A stretch of 64,000 nt of DNA from the human T2T-CHM13v2.0 reference genome, Homo sapiens: the NCBI RefSeq assembly GCF_009914755.1, contig NC_060947.1; one strand, given 5' to 3'. Both the position numbers and the translations under genes were made by a program. Below, in pieces: positions 33,520-52,580 of this stretch (position 1 is the stretch's first letter; the number at the start of each line of letters is the position of its first letter). The notes below the pieces were generated by a model, which saw only the letters and a list, made by a program, of their open reading frames with translations, did not search any database and was not told where the DNA came from.

Positions 33520-36500
33520 AGCATGCCCCTGCTAGCACCTGCTTGGGAATCAAATTAATCGTGGGTGCTGTCCCTTGAGCGAGAATGGACTGATTCATGG
33601 AGTGGAAGCAGTGGTGAAGGATCCATGAAGGATCGAATTCGCTAAAGCAGGGCTGGGATCTACCCTTTCACAAGAGGTGTTGTTCAAGTCTAACACCTAG
33701 AAGGCTGTGGAGTGGGACGAAGGGGACATCCCCAAACACAGGGACGGGTGTCGGGGCTCTCAGAATGCTGGAGGTGCCACAGTAGGCTCCTGATCCTCCA
33801 CAGGATGGATGGGATGTCTCAGCACTCCCGTGTGTGGGTGCAGTGATAATACCTCAGAGTCGCTGGTTGGTGCCTCATCTAGGAAATGGGGAGCTCCCGT
33901 GGGAGGGCACCACGATGCCCGCTAACCAACACATGGGCAAGATACGCACAGAGAGGGTGGAAAGTGGGAAAGAGAGACTGCCCTGGGACAGCTGGTTGGG
34001 CTCGGTATCTGCCTTCCCCCATACTCCCTCTGTGTCTCCCTGCTGGGCTCATGGTGTGAGCTCAGCGAGGGGGACCACCACGCACGTGGTGGGTCAATCA
34101 CAGACCTCAGACCTGGAAACCAACGCTGGTGGGGACCTACCCCATCCGAATCTAACCCCTCACCGGAGAGGATGGGCTTGACTCCTTGGGCCAAGGCTTT
34201 GACCCTGACACAGGTGGTTGTTTCTTGGGGGGATAACACAGTGGGCTGGTGTCTGGGGGAAGACATGTGTCAGGGACTCTCCAGCTTGGGTTTTTGCCAC
34301 CGGAGACATCTAGGCAGGTTCTGGTGGGGGCAGAACTCCAGCCCCAGTCACTGCCCCGGGGGGCATGGGCCATGGTCGACAGGGTGTGGAAGGGGAGAAG
34401 CCCGTGGACGGAGTCTTGGAAGGCGTGAACCCATCCCTCAGTTGCTGGCTTTTGCCAGCCCCGCCTCCCAGCACGCCACCTCGGTTCCATATTCAGACCA
34501 CCTTCTGCACAATAATGGGGCCATAACATGTACACCCTAGGCCCATGGTACACCGCATGGTCGGGCGGAGCCTTCTGGTTCTAGGGGATGTAAGTGCAGA
34601 ATCCGAGGCTCCTCGGATTAGAGGAATCCATCTGGGTCCCATTGGACAGGAGGAGGTTGAGCCCTTCCCCTCATTCAGTGGCCCCCTTTTGCTTTTCCCT
34701 CAAGCCTCCTCTCCCACCAAGAGGAATGTGGGGTCTGGCCTGGAGAGCCTTAGACCCCCTCCTGCCTTGTCCTGCCACTCAGCTCAGATGAGCTCCAGAG
34801 GTCTGGTGAGCTGCGTGCCTGCCACAGTGGCGGAGCCCTGTGCAGAATCCCACCTACACCTGGTGCCAGGACTGCCACAGGTACATTTCCATATGAGACC
34901 TCTTACTTTGTTGGCAGAAAAGAGCATCTCCTCTTCAGACTCCAGCTAGGGCCGAAGGTGTGTGAGTCTCCTAGCACGCCCGCCAGCCAGAGTCCCCAAG
35001 GGTGGCCTTCCAGGCTGTGGCGGAGGCCCAGGGCACCGCACACGGGGATGTGAGATGGCAATCATAGGATCATAGTGGTCATGGTGAGTACCAGCCATGA
35101 ACTTTAGCCCGCCTGGAACACACTCCTGGGTGAACTCGGACAACCTCATGCACATCTGTCCTCAACCTCCACCCCAAGAACTCCTCCTTTTCCCCACACA
35201 TTTTCTCATCATGCGTTTCCTCGAAGGATGAGGCCAACACTTGTGTTTGCCAGGTATGGCCGCGGAGGCTGTGGCCGCCAGGGTGGCCGTGCAAACTCTA
35301 TCTGTGGGATTCCAGGGTGCTCCGTTCTCGTGATCCAGTGTGAACGGCGCCCATGTGGTTGTGCAGTTGTTGAAGTCCGGGTCACTACCATGCAGAGCGA
35401 GGAACAGAAGGTTGGCAGGGTTTTGGAACCCTCCTGTTTGCCCCATCCTGATCACTACTTCCCACTTTGCACACCACAGAGGAAATGACTCTACTGACTT
35501 TTCCAACAATCAGTCACTTTCTCTTAAAGGATTAATAATTGCCATTTAATAACCATCATCAAGATATAAAAGTTAGAGGCGGTTAAATGTAAAATTACAT
35601 TTTTGAAACATAATACACCCCCCCACGCACGCACACACCCATACACTCTCTGTCTCACATACACGCACACACACGCACACGGAGAGAACTCAGAAGCCGG
35701 CCATTTGACAAACAGTTGTAAGGTGATCAAGCCAGGTAGCTATTACCCAGGTCATGAAACTGTACATTGCACCTTTAGGGAATCGCAGTCCGAGTGTCTT
35801 TCTCTGAAGGAAGCCAAATGCACATGCTACGTACCGTGTGATTCCATTTATGTGACATTCTGGAAAAGGCAAAACTCTAGGAACACAAAACAGATTGATG
35901 GTTGCCAGGGTCTGAGGGTTAAGACGAGGAGTTCAGTACAAGAGGACGTAAGGGAACCTGGCGGGGGAGGGGGGCGGGGGATGGCGATGCTCTATATCTA
36001 TATATATTGTGCTGGTGTTTTTACAGCCATACGCATTTACGAGATCTCACAGACCTCTGTGTAAGTTATAGCCCAATAGTCCTGACTTTTTAGAAAAAAA
36101 AATTGTCAGCAATACATCTCAAATGGAAATTGACATTTAGTCAATACCTTTTGTGACTATGAAGAGCATGCTTCTCTCTCCAAATCTGTTAATGTGGAGA
36201 ATTATACCATTGTATTTTCTGAAGAGAAATTAAGTTTGTATTTCTGGGATGAAGCCAATATTAGTCATGCCATATTAGGTATTTTCCTTTTTATATCCTG
36301 TAGGCTTCCGTGTGCTAAGATTCTGGTTCCAGTTTTTACTTCTATGTCATGAGCCTGTGATTGATCTGCAATATTTCTCTAAGTGTCCCTGCAGGATTTG
36401 GTATCGAGGTTATGCCAAGCTCATACAGTGAGTGGAGGATTGTTCCTCCTTTTCAATTTTCTGCACGAGTTTGTGTCAAACGGAAGACAGGTATTCCTAG

Positions 36501-37179
36501 GATGTTTTTCAGAATGTGGTGGGGAATCCTAGAGTTTATTAGTGGAAAGCCTTTGACTACTCATATCTTTCTGTAATGATTCTGGAACGGTTCAGGTTGG
36601 CTGTTCCTTCTTGTGTTAGTTTTGGTGGATTTTGTTTCCTAGCGACTGGTTACCTTTTTCTTTGTTTTCAAACTGACTGTAATAAAGTGGTCCATAATAT
36701 CCCCCTTCATCTCAGATTGCATTTGTTAAAATTAGGAAGTCACAGAAGAGTTGCACAGAAAGCCAAAGGAGCACCCATACGTATATTCTTCTACTGGATC
36801 CTGCAGTTGTTACCATTTTCTCACATTTGCTTCATCCCTCCCTCCATGCCGCGCCCCCATCTTTTTCTGAGCGTGTGCGTGTATTTTTTTTTTTTTATTG
36901 TTTTGTGGAATCATTTGAGATCCATTGGAATCATTTAGATCCATCATCCGTAAATACTGCAGCATGTATCGCCTACAGGGAAGCATGGGCTCCCACAAAA
37001 CCTTAATGCCACCATGACACTCAGGAAATGTAACATTGAGACCACACAATTTTCTACTGTATGATCACATGAAACATTTTCCGATTGTCCCCATGGTCAC
37101 ATAGTATCCCTCATGGCTGCTTTCTAACAAAATTTTCTTTCCAACCAAACATCATGCTTTGCATTTAGTAGTCAAGTCT

Positions 37180-37470
37180 CTTTTGAGACAGGGTCTCCCT
37201 CTGTCGCCCAGGCTGGCTTGCAGGGTCGTGAACCTGGCTAAGTGCAGCCTTGACCTCCCAGGCTCAAGCCATCCTCCTGCCTCAGCCTCCTGAGTAACTT
37301 GGACTACAGGCGAGTGCCACCATGCCTGGCTAATTTTTAACATATTTTTTGTAGAGACAGGGTTTCACCGTCTTGCCCAGGCTCGTCTGGAACTCCTGAG
37401 CTCAAGCCATCCGCCCGCCTAGGTCTCCCAAACTGTTGGGATTACAGGCGTGAGCCATGGTTCCCGGCCC
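37180..37470 (-). mobile_element. Old Alu (internally deleted homolog at 20189-20394)
   Basis: Alu consensus similarity. Confidence 0.8.
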
Positions 37471-40337
37471 ATCAAGTCTCTTCAGTGTCCTTTAAAGTGT
37501 GCTTTAAAGCAATGTTTAAAGTGTGCTTTAAATCACTGCAGCTGTTGTCGGGAAGCCCTTGAACTTGGCTTTGTCGAGTGGCTTCCTTGTGATTAGATTC
37601 AGGTAGGTTTAACATTTTTGGCAAGACTACTGCATAGCAGACGTGCCGTCCTTCTCGGTGCATGACATCAGCAGATTCTCCATGTAGGCTTCTCTCATGA
37701 CTGGCGATGTTCATCTTGACCGACCATGTGGCCAGGGCGTTGTTCCAGATTACTCCATTGTGAAGGTGCCATCTTCTCTTTGTATTTAATTAGCTATGTG
37801 CTGTTACTGCATGGGCACTCTGTGTGAATATCCAGTTCCCCCACAACATCCTCTTTCTATCTTTTGGATGTCTGCATATGATATGGCTTGGAACCGTGTC
37901 CCCACCAAGTCTCGTGTCCAACTGTGACTTCTAATGTTGGAGGTGGGGCCTGGTCGGAGGTGACTGGATCATGGGGCTGGATTTCTCAGGAATGGTTTAG
38001 CAGCATCCACTTGGTACTGTCCTCATGGTTGCGAATGAGTTGTCATGAGTCTGGTCGATTAAAAGTGTGTGACACCTCTCCTTTCTCTTTCTTGCTCCTG
38101 CTCCTGCTCCTATCATGTAACAGGTACCTGCTTCTGTTTCACCTTCCGCCGTGATTGCAAGCTTCCTGAGTCCTCCCAGAAGCAGAAGCCGCTATGCTTC
38201 CCTTCCCGTACAGCCTGCAGAACCATGAGCTCTTCTCTTTATAAATGACTCGGTCTTGGATATTTCTATATAGCAACACGAGAACGGACGTAACATCGTT
38301 TGTGCTTATTTCTCCCTTTTCTTTCCTGATAGCGGTGCCCTTCTCCCTTGTTTTCTTGACCAGTCTCACAAGAGTTTTACCAATTTCATTCCTCTTCCAA
38401 ACACCCAGCTTCTGGTTTTGTGATCCTTATGCTTGTTTTCGCTTTCACTGATTTCTCCTTTTACCTTGATGACCTCCTTCTACTTTCCTTGGTCTTACGT
38501 TGGGCTTCTTTTTTGAACGTTTTCTCGTTAATTGTCTGCGATCCTCTTTTAAATATGTGCTTTTAGCAGCCTACACGTCCCTCTCAGGACTCCTTTACTG
38601 GTGCCGACAAGGGTTTATGAGTAGTATTTTTGTGATCATCCAGTTCCAAATATGGGAAACCATGAAAATCGCAACTTTCATGGGACGGAATGAATACATT
38701 GTGGTATGTTAATACAATGGAATACTATTTCAGCAACGGAAAAGTACGAAGTACAAAGTACTCCTCCATGGAATAATAGGCGCGAATCTTACAAAGATAA
38801 CATCGAGGGAAAGAAGCAAGGGACAACACGGACATGCTTAATGATTCCATTCCTATAACTTCAAATGACAGGCAACACTAACCTACCTTGTTGAAGAATG
38901 CATACTTAGGATATAAAACCACAGAGAAGAGCAAGGAAAGGACAATCAGAAAAGTCAGGATGTTGGTTTCCCCTTGCAGTAGGAGTGGGGCTGAGCTCAG
39001 GCAGGGACACCCCAGGAGGCTCTGGGGAATGCTGGCGGTGTTCTTCTCTGGGACCTAGGGGAGCGTTCCTGTGCAGGTGCACTGGACAATCATTTATTAA
39101 ACTATGCACATAAACTGTGATGTTTTCTTTCTGTACGTTGCCTGCCACCATAAGCAGACAAAACAATAGTGCTAAGGGAAGTAACACTGCATTAAACAGG
39201 TAAGTATTTTATAACCAGAAGGATAACCAAAATTTTATTTTCTCTATTTATAGCAGATCTCCTTGCGAGTACTAATATCAGTTTATTGATAGTGATAGCT
39301 TGATTTCAAATTCTCATAGATTTCACCAAACATCGTAGGAACGATGCTTACATAATTGTGATATTAATTTCGATGTTTTGGTAAATATTTTATATTTGGG
39401 TGGCAAGTTTTCATTCAGAATTTGTGATTATGTGTTGGAACACCATGCACTTGGTACATTTTTCTCACGGGAGATTTGTCACCTCCCCATCCACTTATTC
39501 TCAGGGGCAGACGACTTAGGACCTGAGAAAAAGAAATTAAGGCAACAACATTAAGGGGCAGCAACGCAAATTTTTACCTTCATAGTTTATATCAGTTAAT
39601 TGTGGTATACTCACATGATGGAATACCTTTTTTTTTTTTTTTTTTTTTTGCAATGGAAATGTACGGGGTATTCTTAGGGATACTGTCCATTTTTAAGAAA
39701 AGTCCATTACCAAGATATAACAAATTACATAAAGTTAACTATCATATGATATTTATAAAGCATACTACACATATATACAAGTTTAGAAAACCAATCGACT
39801 GTGAATGAACTGTTGAGAAGTGAGGAAAACACGTATTGAGTACTGAGGTCAAGAAAGAGTACATTGCAGTTCTAGAGGTCTTATATGTATTTCATTGTGC
39901 TAAAGACACCAAATATGAAACTCTACATAATGTATGATTCCATTTGTAGAACATTCTTAAAACTGGAAAACTACACATACAGAAAACTAATCAGTCATTT
40001 CCAGGTCTGTGGATTGTGAGAAGTGTTTAACTACAAATGCGTGTTATTTGTTATTAGCAATTTCGACCCTCTTTATGTTGAAATGTAACATACATAGAGA
40101 GAAGTTCACAATATGTGTGTGTTGTTTAATAGTGATTATCAAGGGCATCTCTACAGAAACACCCCCATGTCACAGAGGAGAACACCGCCAGCATTCCCCA
40201 AAGCTCCTGGGGTGTCTCTGCCTGATCTCAGCCTCATTCCTCCTTCAAGAGGAAACCAACACATTTACTTTTGTGATCATTCTTTCCTCAGTTTTCTCTA
40301 TGATTTTTGGTCCCACGTCCTATACTACATTCTTTTA

Positions 40338-40481
40338 TCTTTTTTTTTTTTTTCCTTTTTCTGGAGAACGGGGTCTCGCTATATTGCCCAGGCAGGTCTC
40401 GAACTCCTGGGCTCAAGCTATCCTCCCGCCTCTTGCCTCCCTGAGAGCTGGGATTACAGGCGTGAGCCACCGCGCCCGGCC
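40338..40481 (-). pseudogene. BC200 (BCYRN1) retropseudogene, 3'-truncated in the A-rich domain
   Basis: BC200-diagnostic CCCAGCTCTCAGGGAGGC, GGATAGCTTGAG, GACCTGCCTGGGCAATATAGCGAGACCCCGTTCTCCAGAAAAAGG; TSD TACATTCTTTTA. Confidence 0.9.
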
Positions 40482-40504
40482 TACATTCTTTTAATACTAC
40501 AGTA

Positions 40505-40692
40505 TGCCTGCAGACGACATGTTCCTAAATCTAGAAAACCCCACAGTCTCAGCCCCAAAGCTCCTTAAGCTGATAAACAACTTCAGCAAAGTCTCAGGAT
40601 ACCAAATCAATGGGAACAATCACTAACATTCCTATATGCCAACAACAGTCAAGCAGAGAGCCAAATCAGGAACACAGTCCCATTCATAATTG

Positions 40693-40728
<36 letters not shown>

Positions 40729-42840
40729 GATACCTGGGAATACACCACACCAGGGAGGTGAAAGATCTCTGCAAGAAGAACTACAAAACACTGCTCAAGG
40801 AAATCAGACATGTCACAAGCAAATGGAAAAACATTCATGCTCATGGATAGGAAGATCAATATAATTAAACTGGCCATACTGCCCAAAGCAATTTGCAGAT
40901 TCAATGTGATTCCTAGTAAGTTATCATTGGCATTCTTCACAGAACTAGAAAAACTATTTTAAAATTCATATGGAACTGAAAAAGAGCCTGAGTGGCCAAG
41001 GCAATCCTAAGCGAAAAAGAACAAAGCTGGAGGCATCACGCTACCCGACTTCAAAATATACCACGGGCCCACAATAACCAAAACAGCATGGTACTGGTAC
41101 AAAAGCAGACACGGAGTCCAATGGAACAGAATAGAGAGCCCAGAAATAAAGCCGCACACCTACAACTCTCTGATATTTGACAGACCTGACAAAAGCAAGC
41201 AATGGGGAAGGTATTCTCTGTTCGGCAAAGGGTGCTGAGATAACTGGCTAGCCATACATGGAAGACTGCAACTGGATCCCTTTCTTACACCAGGTACTGG
41301 TCTGTTCTCTTGCTGCTAATAAAGACATACCCGAGACTGGGTAATTTATAAAGTAAAGAAGTTTAATGGACTCACAGTTCCACATGCCTTGGGAGGCCTC
41401 ACAATCGTGGCAGAAGGCGAAGGAAGAGCAGAGGTGTGTGTTCCATGGCGGCAGAAAAGACAGCATGTGCAGGGGAACTGCCCTTTATAAAACCATGAGA
41501 ACTCATGAGACTTATTCGCTATCACGAGGACAGCACGGGAAAAATCCGTCCCCATGATTCAATTACCTCCCACCGGATCCCTCCCACAACACGTGGGGAT
41601 CATGGGAGCTACAGCTCAAGAGGAGATTTGGGTGGGGACACAGCCAAAGTATATCATACCGTATACAACAATTAACTCAACATGGATTAAAGACTTAAAT
41701 TAAAACCCCAAAATATAAAAACCATGGAAGACAACTTAGGCAATCATATTCTGGACACAGGAACGAGCAACGATTTCATGACGAAGACACCAAGAGCAAT
41801 TACAACAAAAGCAAAAATTGACAAATGGGGTCTAATTAAGCTAAAGAGCAAGCTTCTACACACTAAAGGAAACTGTCAACAGAGTGAACAGAAAACCTAC
41901 AGAATGGGAGAAAATTTTTGCAAACTGTGGATCTGACAAAGATCTAATATCCAGCATCTATAAGGAACTTAAACAAGTTCCACAAGAAAAATACCAAACA
42001 ACCCCATTAAAAAGTGGGCAAAGGACATGAACAGACACTTTTCAAAAGAAGACATACATGCGGCCAACAATCCCATGAAAGAAAGCTCAACGTCACTGAC
42101 CATTAGAGAAATGCAAATCAAAACCACAATGAGATACCATCTCACGCCAGTCAGAATGGCTATTACTACAAAGTAAAAGAATAATGGATACTGGCGAGGT
42201 TGCAGAGAAAAAGGAACACTTATACACTGTTGGTGAGAGTGTAAATTAGTTCAACCATTGTGGAAGACAATGTGGTGATTCCTCGAAGACCTAAAGACAG
42301 AAGTACCATTCAGCCCAGCAATCTCATTACTGGGCATATACCCAAAGGAATATAAATCATTCTATTATCAAGACACGTGCACGTGTATGTTCATTGCAGC
42401 ACTATTCACAATAGCAAAGACATGGAATCAACCTAAATGCCCATCAATGGTAGACTGGATAAAGAAAATGTGGTACATATACACTATGGAATATTATGCA
42501 GCCATAAAAAGAATGAGATTAGGTCCTTTGCAGGAACGTGGTTGGATGGGGAGGCCATTATCCTTAGCAAACTAATGCAGGAACAGAAAACCAAATACCG
42601 CATCTTCCCACTTATAAGTGGGAGCTAAATGACGAGAACACAGGGACACAAAGAGGGGAACAACACACACCGGAGCCTATCGGACAGTGGAGGGTGGGAG
42701 GAGGGAGAGGACCGGGAAAGTAACAAATGGTACTAGGCTTAATCACTGGGTGACGAAATAATTTCTACAAGAAACCCCCACGACACAAGTTTACCTATGT
42801 AACAAACCTGTACGTGTACCCTCGAACTTAAAAAAAAAGT
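40505..42840 (+). mobile_element. L1 copy homologous to 14770-17090 (MST/THE1-type LTR at ~41297-41655)
   Basis: [20 protein letters not shown] motif. Confidence 0.85.
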
Positions 42841-43109
42841 TAAATTCAAGAAATAATAATGATATGGCTTGGTGTTGACTGTTCTGTACTTTTATATTAG
42901 TGGAATCAGAAAATATGTTCATATTTCTTGCTTCTTGTGTTTAATGTCAGGAGTTTGGTTTCGGATGTTTAAATCTGAGATGTGTGTTAGGTATCCAAGT
43001 GGAGATGTTGAGTAGACGAAGGTCTGGCTCTGGGTTGAAAAAGTATCTATGAGAGTCATCATAGTATCGATATTTTTTTCCAGGGCCCACTCCAGAGATA
43101 GAAATTACA

Positions 43110-47390
<4,281 letters not shown>

Positions 47391-48419
47391 AGGGTCTTCC
47401 ATCAGCTATGACAAGAGTGTAGTTAAAGGAAAGAATCAGACCAAGGACTGAGCCCGGGGGCTCTCTATTTGTTAGGATAAGAATTTGGGGAGAAGAGAAC
47501 TTCCGCATAGCTGAACACATGGAAGTTCCTGGAGGGAGGTGCACCTGGAGAGGGCATGGAAGCTCCATGCCCCTTCCCACATACTGTGTCCTATGCATCT
47601 CTTTCATCTGGCTGTTCGTCCGTATCCTTTTTCCTTTGTCATGTTCTTCATAATAAATGGGTAAACATATTTACTAATCAGTGTTAAAACCCAACACGAT
47701 ACACTAACATGATTTTAGTGCACTTAGAGGAGAAATATTTCCTAGTTAAGGGGGAAATTGTGCAAAGGGCCTCTGGAAGACCTTCATTCTAAATTGCTTT
47801 GTAGGGAAACATTTCATTTAGAAGTCTGGACATTCTTTTTCAGTTTGCTGTAATCTACATTCACTGAGTAGAACTTGTATTGATCATTGGGACCCAGTTT
47901 ATTCCAGGGTTCTGGGGGATTCTTTCTGTCCCAGCTAACACCTGGGTTAAACAGTGCCAGATGCAAGACATGCAGCCCTGCTCTGGTGCCTCCTGCTCAC
48001 ATATATACAAAGAGAGAGAGATCACACTCGAATGCTTCCTGGCCTGACCAAAGAGCTGGGGGAGCATCTGCGTAGCCTGGAAGGAGGGAAGAACAAATAT
48101 TTCAGGCCCGGGTCTAAGTAATCCAATGCAGCATTTGATGTTTGGAGGAGACTTAGGCTATATAGAATTGAGTTAACAATACTCCTGGTTTCATAACATG
48201 CTACTCATGATTGATGTCAGGCCCTATTTGTTTATTTATTTTATAATATAGTGTTCTCCCATTTACCTATTACCCAATCCAAAAGCTAGACTATTACCAG
48301 TAACTTACGTCCACCTCTGAGCTCCCCCTCACTGCATCCTCCTGACCCTCTTCACTCCCACTAGAAGCAACCCTAACCTAAATTGTGTACTTGGTATTTC
48401 TTTGATTTTTATTGCAAAT

Positions 48420-48423
<4 letters not shown>

Positions 48424-48507
<84 letters not shown>
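48424..48507. repeat. Compound (CA)n(TA)n microsatellite (mirror ~56117-56206)
   Basis: Seen directly; followed by a ~47-bp tandem duplication of an Alu fragment. Confidence 0.9.
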
Positions 48508-49520
48508 TTATGGTTTTGGCTCACTGCAGCCTCAACCTCCCCAGCTCGTATATATATATAAATATATACTTATGATTTTGGCTCACTGCAGCCTCAACCT
48601 CCCCAGCTCAGGTGATTCTCCCACCTCAGCCTCCCGAGTACCTGGGAGCACAAACGCGCGCCGTGATGCCTGGCTAATTATTTGTAGAGATGGGGTGTAG
48701 CCATGTTGCGCAGGCTGGTCTCCTATTCCTGGACTCAACCACTCCACCCACGTCTGCCTCCCAAAGTGCTGAGATTACAGGCGTGAGCCGCTGCGCCTGG
48801 CAATTATACTGTTCAGTTTTGCTTGATTTTGAATTTTATGAAAAGGTTGTCATACTGCATGTAGTCTTGTGGTAACTGCTTTTTTCATACTTATACTAAC
48901 ATTGATCCATTGTTGAGCATAAAACTGCAGTTCACCCATTTGCCTTGCTACATAGTATATCATGGTATGCATACACCACAGTTTATCTACACATTCTCTT
49001 ATTTGTGATCATTTGCATAGTTCCCAGGTTTTTTGCTACTGTGGTCAGTGCTGCTGTGAAATTCTTGTCCAGTGGACATTGACAGGAATTGCTGAGTTGT
49101 CAATGATCTACTTTATATATTGATGCCACATTGTTTTCCAAACTGGTTGTGTTCGTTTATATTCCCAACGTGTTGCAAGCTGTATGAGATCCCACTGCTC
49201 TGCATCCTCTCTAACCTTTGATGTTGCTAGGTTTCTAAATCTTTGCCAATCAAATGGGTACAAGATTTATCTTGAGGTCATGTTTAGCATTTCCCTGACT
49301 ACTGATGAGCTGAGCATATCTTCATGTGTTTATTGGCCACATAGGTTCCTTCTTCTATGGAATTCCTGTTGATGATTTTTGCCTATTTTCTTACTGGGTT
49401 GTTTGTCTTTCTTACTGATTTCTAGGACTTCTCAAAATATATTCTTGATAACCAATCTTTTGTCAATTGTATGCAGGATAAAGATCTTCTTCCAGCTTGT
49501 ACCATGTATTTCCACTTTTA

Positions 49521-49867
<347 letters not shown>

Positions 49868-50929
49868 ATTGAGGGTTAACATGCATACGACAAATCACAG
49901 AAACTTAAGTGTACAATCTTAACACAGATCTACACCCATGTAACCGCCATCCAGATCAAAATAGAGAACATTTTCAACATCCTCGCATCCCTAAAAAGAG
50001 AATTTTGAGAGAAGATGAGGAACCAGTAAAGAAGATTGAGGAGTGACCACTGAGATTGGAATAAACCCAATGTCTTCTCCTCCTGGCAATGGCAGACTAG
50101 ACAATTCAGATAAACCCTCTGTGTTGGCCATCTGTTAGTTGGCCATCTGGTTTAACTCAATCTACAGCCTCCCCCCGTCTCTCTGATGATTGGGCAGATA
50201 TCACATAGTTCAATGGCCCAACCCTCTAGTCATATGGTTGGTCTTCCTAGTATGGCCAGCCTCCATTCAGAGTCATCTCATTACATAAACTATCTAGGGG
50301 CCTCCCATGATTCACCTCATTAGCATAAACCATGTAGTGTGGTCCGTGGGGCTCACCAGGAATGACAAAGGCATGCCCATCACTCAGGAAATTGCAAGGG
50401 ATTAGAGGTTATCTCCCAGGACTCAGGGACAAGGTCCAGGCAAATTCTTTATTATACATTAAGTGCACAGAAAAATGCACATTATAGAAAAAATTCATCT
50501 TATTGGGATCTTTCCAGATCCTGGGAATATAGAAATATACTGCTATGGTTCGGATATGATTGGTCTGTCCCCGCCAAAACTCATGTGGAAATTGGATCCC
50601 CAATGTGGTGGTGTTGGGAGATGGGGCCTTGTGGGAGGTGTTTGGGTCATGGAGACAGATCCCTCATGAACAGCTTGCTGCCGTTCTGGAGGTAGTGAGT
50701 GAGTACTGGCTCTGGTGAGACTGGATTAGTGCCCATAACGGTAGGTTTCTTATAAAGCCAGCATGCCCCTCGGGTTTTCCCTCTTTGCATGTGTCTGCTT
50801 CTCCTTTGGCCTTCTCCACTATGTTTTGGCCTAGGAGGTGGCTGTCACCAGAAGCTGAGGAGTTACGGGTGCCATGCCTCTCCTACTTCCCAGCTTGCTG
50901 AACCATGAGCTAAGTCAATCTCTTTTATA

Positions 50930-52130
50930 TCTATATTACATATCTAAATAATATATAGATATAGAATATATCTGTATATTATATAGATATAGAATACATC
51001 TCCATACTATATAGATATAGAATACGTCTCCATACTATATAGACATAGAATACGTCTCCATACAACACAGACATAGAATACGTCTCTATACTACATAGAC
51101 ATAGAATACGTCTCTATACTACATGGACATAGAATACGTCTCTATACTACATGGACATAGAATACGTCTCTATACTACATGGACATAGAATACGTCTCTA
51201 TACTACATGGACATAGAACACGTCTCTATACTACATGGACATAGAACACGTCTCTATACTACATGGACATAGAACACGTCTCTATACTACATGGACATAG
51301 AACACGTCTCTATACTACATGGACATAGAACACGTCTCTATACTACATGGACATAGAACACGTCTCTATACTACATGGACATAGAACACGTCTCTATACT
51401 ACATGGACATAGAACACGTCTCTATACTACATGGACATAGAACACGTCTCTATACTACATGGACATAGAACACGTCTCTATACTACATGGACATAGAACA
51501 CGTCTCTATACTACATGGACATAGAACACGTCTCTATACTACATGGACATAGAATACGTCTCTATACTACATGGACATAGAATACGTCTCTATACTACAT
51601 GGACATAGAATACGTCTCTATACTACATGGACATAGAATACGTCTCTATACTACATGGACATAGAATACGTCTCTATACTACATGGACATAGAATACGTC
51701 TCTATACTACATGGACATAGAATACGTCTCTATACTACATGGACATAGAATACGTCTCTATACTACATGGACATAGAATACGTCTCTATACTACATGGAC
51801 ATAGAATACGTCTCTATACTACATGGACATAGAATACGTCTCTATACTACATGGACATAGAATACGTCTCTATACTACATGGACATAGAATACGTCTCTA
51901 TACTACATGGACATAGAATACGTCTCTATACTACATGGACATAGAATACGTCTCTATACTACATGGATATAGAATATGTCTCTATATTATATAGATATAG
52001 AATATGTCTATATTATATAGATATAGAATATGTCTCTATACTATATAGATATAGAATATGTCTCTATACCATACAGATATAGAATATGTCTCTATATTAT
52101 ATAGATATAGAATATGTCTCTATATTATAT
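50930..52130 (+). repeat. 28-bp minisatellite (TATACTACATGGACATAGAAYACGTCTC)n
   Basis: About 30 perfect units plus degenerate AT-richer flanking units. Confidence 0.95.
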
Positions 52131-52580
52131 ATATAGAATAAACAGATATAGAATATATCTATATATTATATCTATATAATATATAGATATGTAATATATC
52201 TATATTATATATCTATAAAATATATAGAATATATATAACTATATAATATATAGAATATATCTATATATCTACATAATATAAAGATATATATCTATATATC
52301 TATATAGCATATATATATCTAGATATATGCTATATAGATGTATAGATATATATATCTATATTATAAGTTTTTGTAGAAATAGGGTCTCTATATCTAATAT
52401 AGATATATTATATAGATATATATCTTTATATTATGTAGATATATAGATATATTCTATATATTATATAGTTATATATATTCTATATATTTTATAGATATAT
52501 AATATAGATATATTACATATCTATATATTATATAGATATATTCTATATCTATATATTATATAGATATAATATATAGATAT
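52130..52580. repeat. AT-rich low-complexity centre of P2 (asymmetric spacer 52299-52408)
   Basis: (TA)-rich sequence with GA/TC interruptions; symmetry breaks at 52298/52409. Confidence 0.85.
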
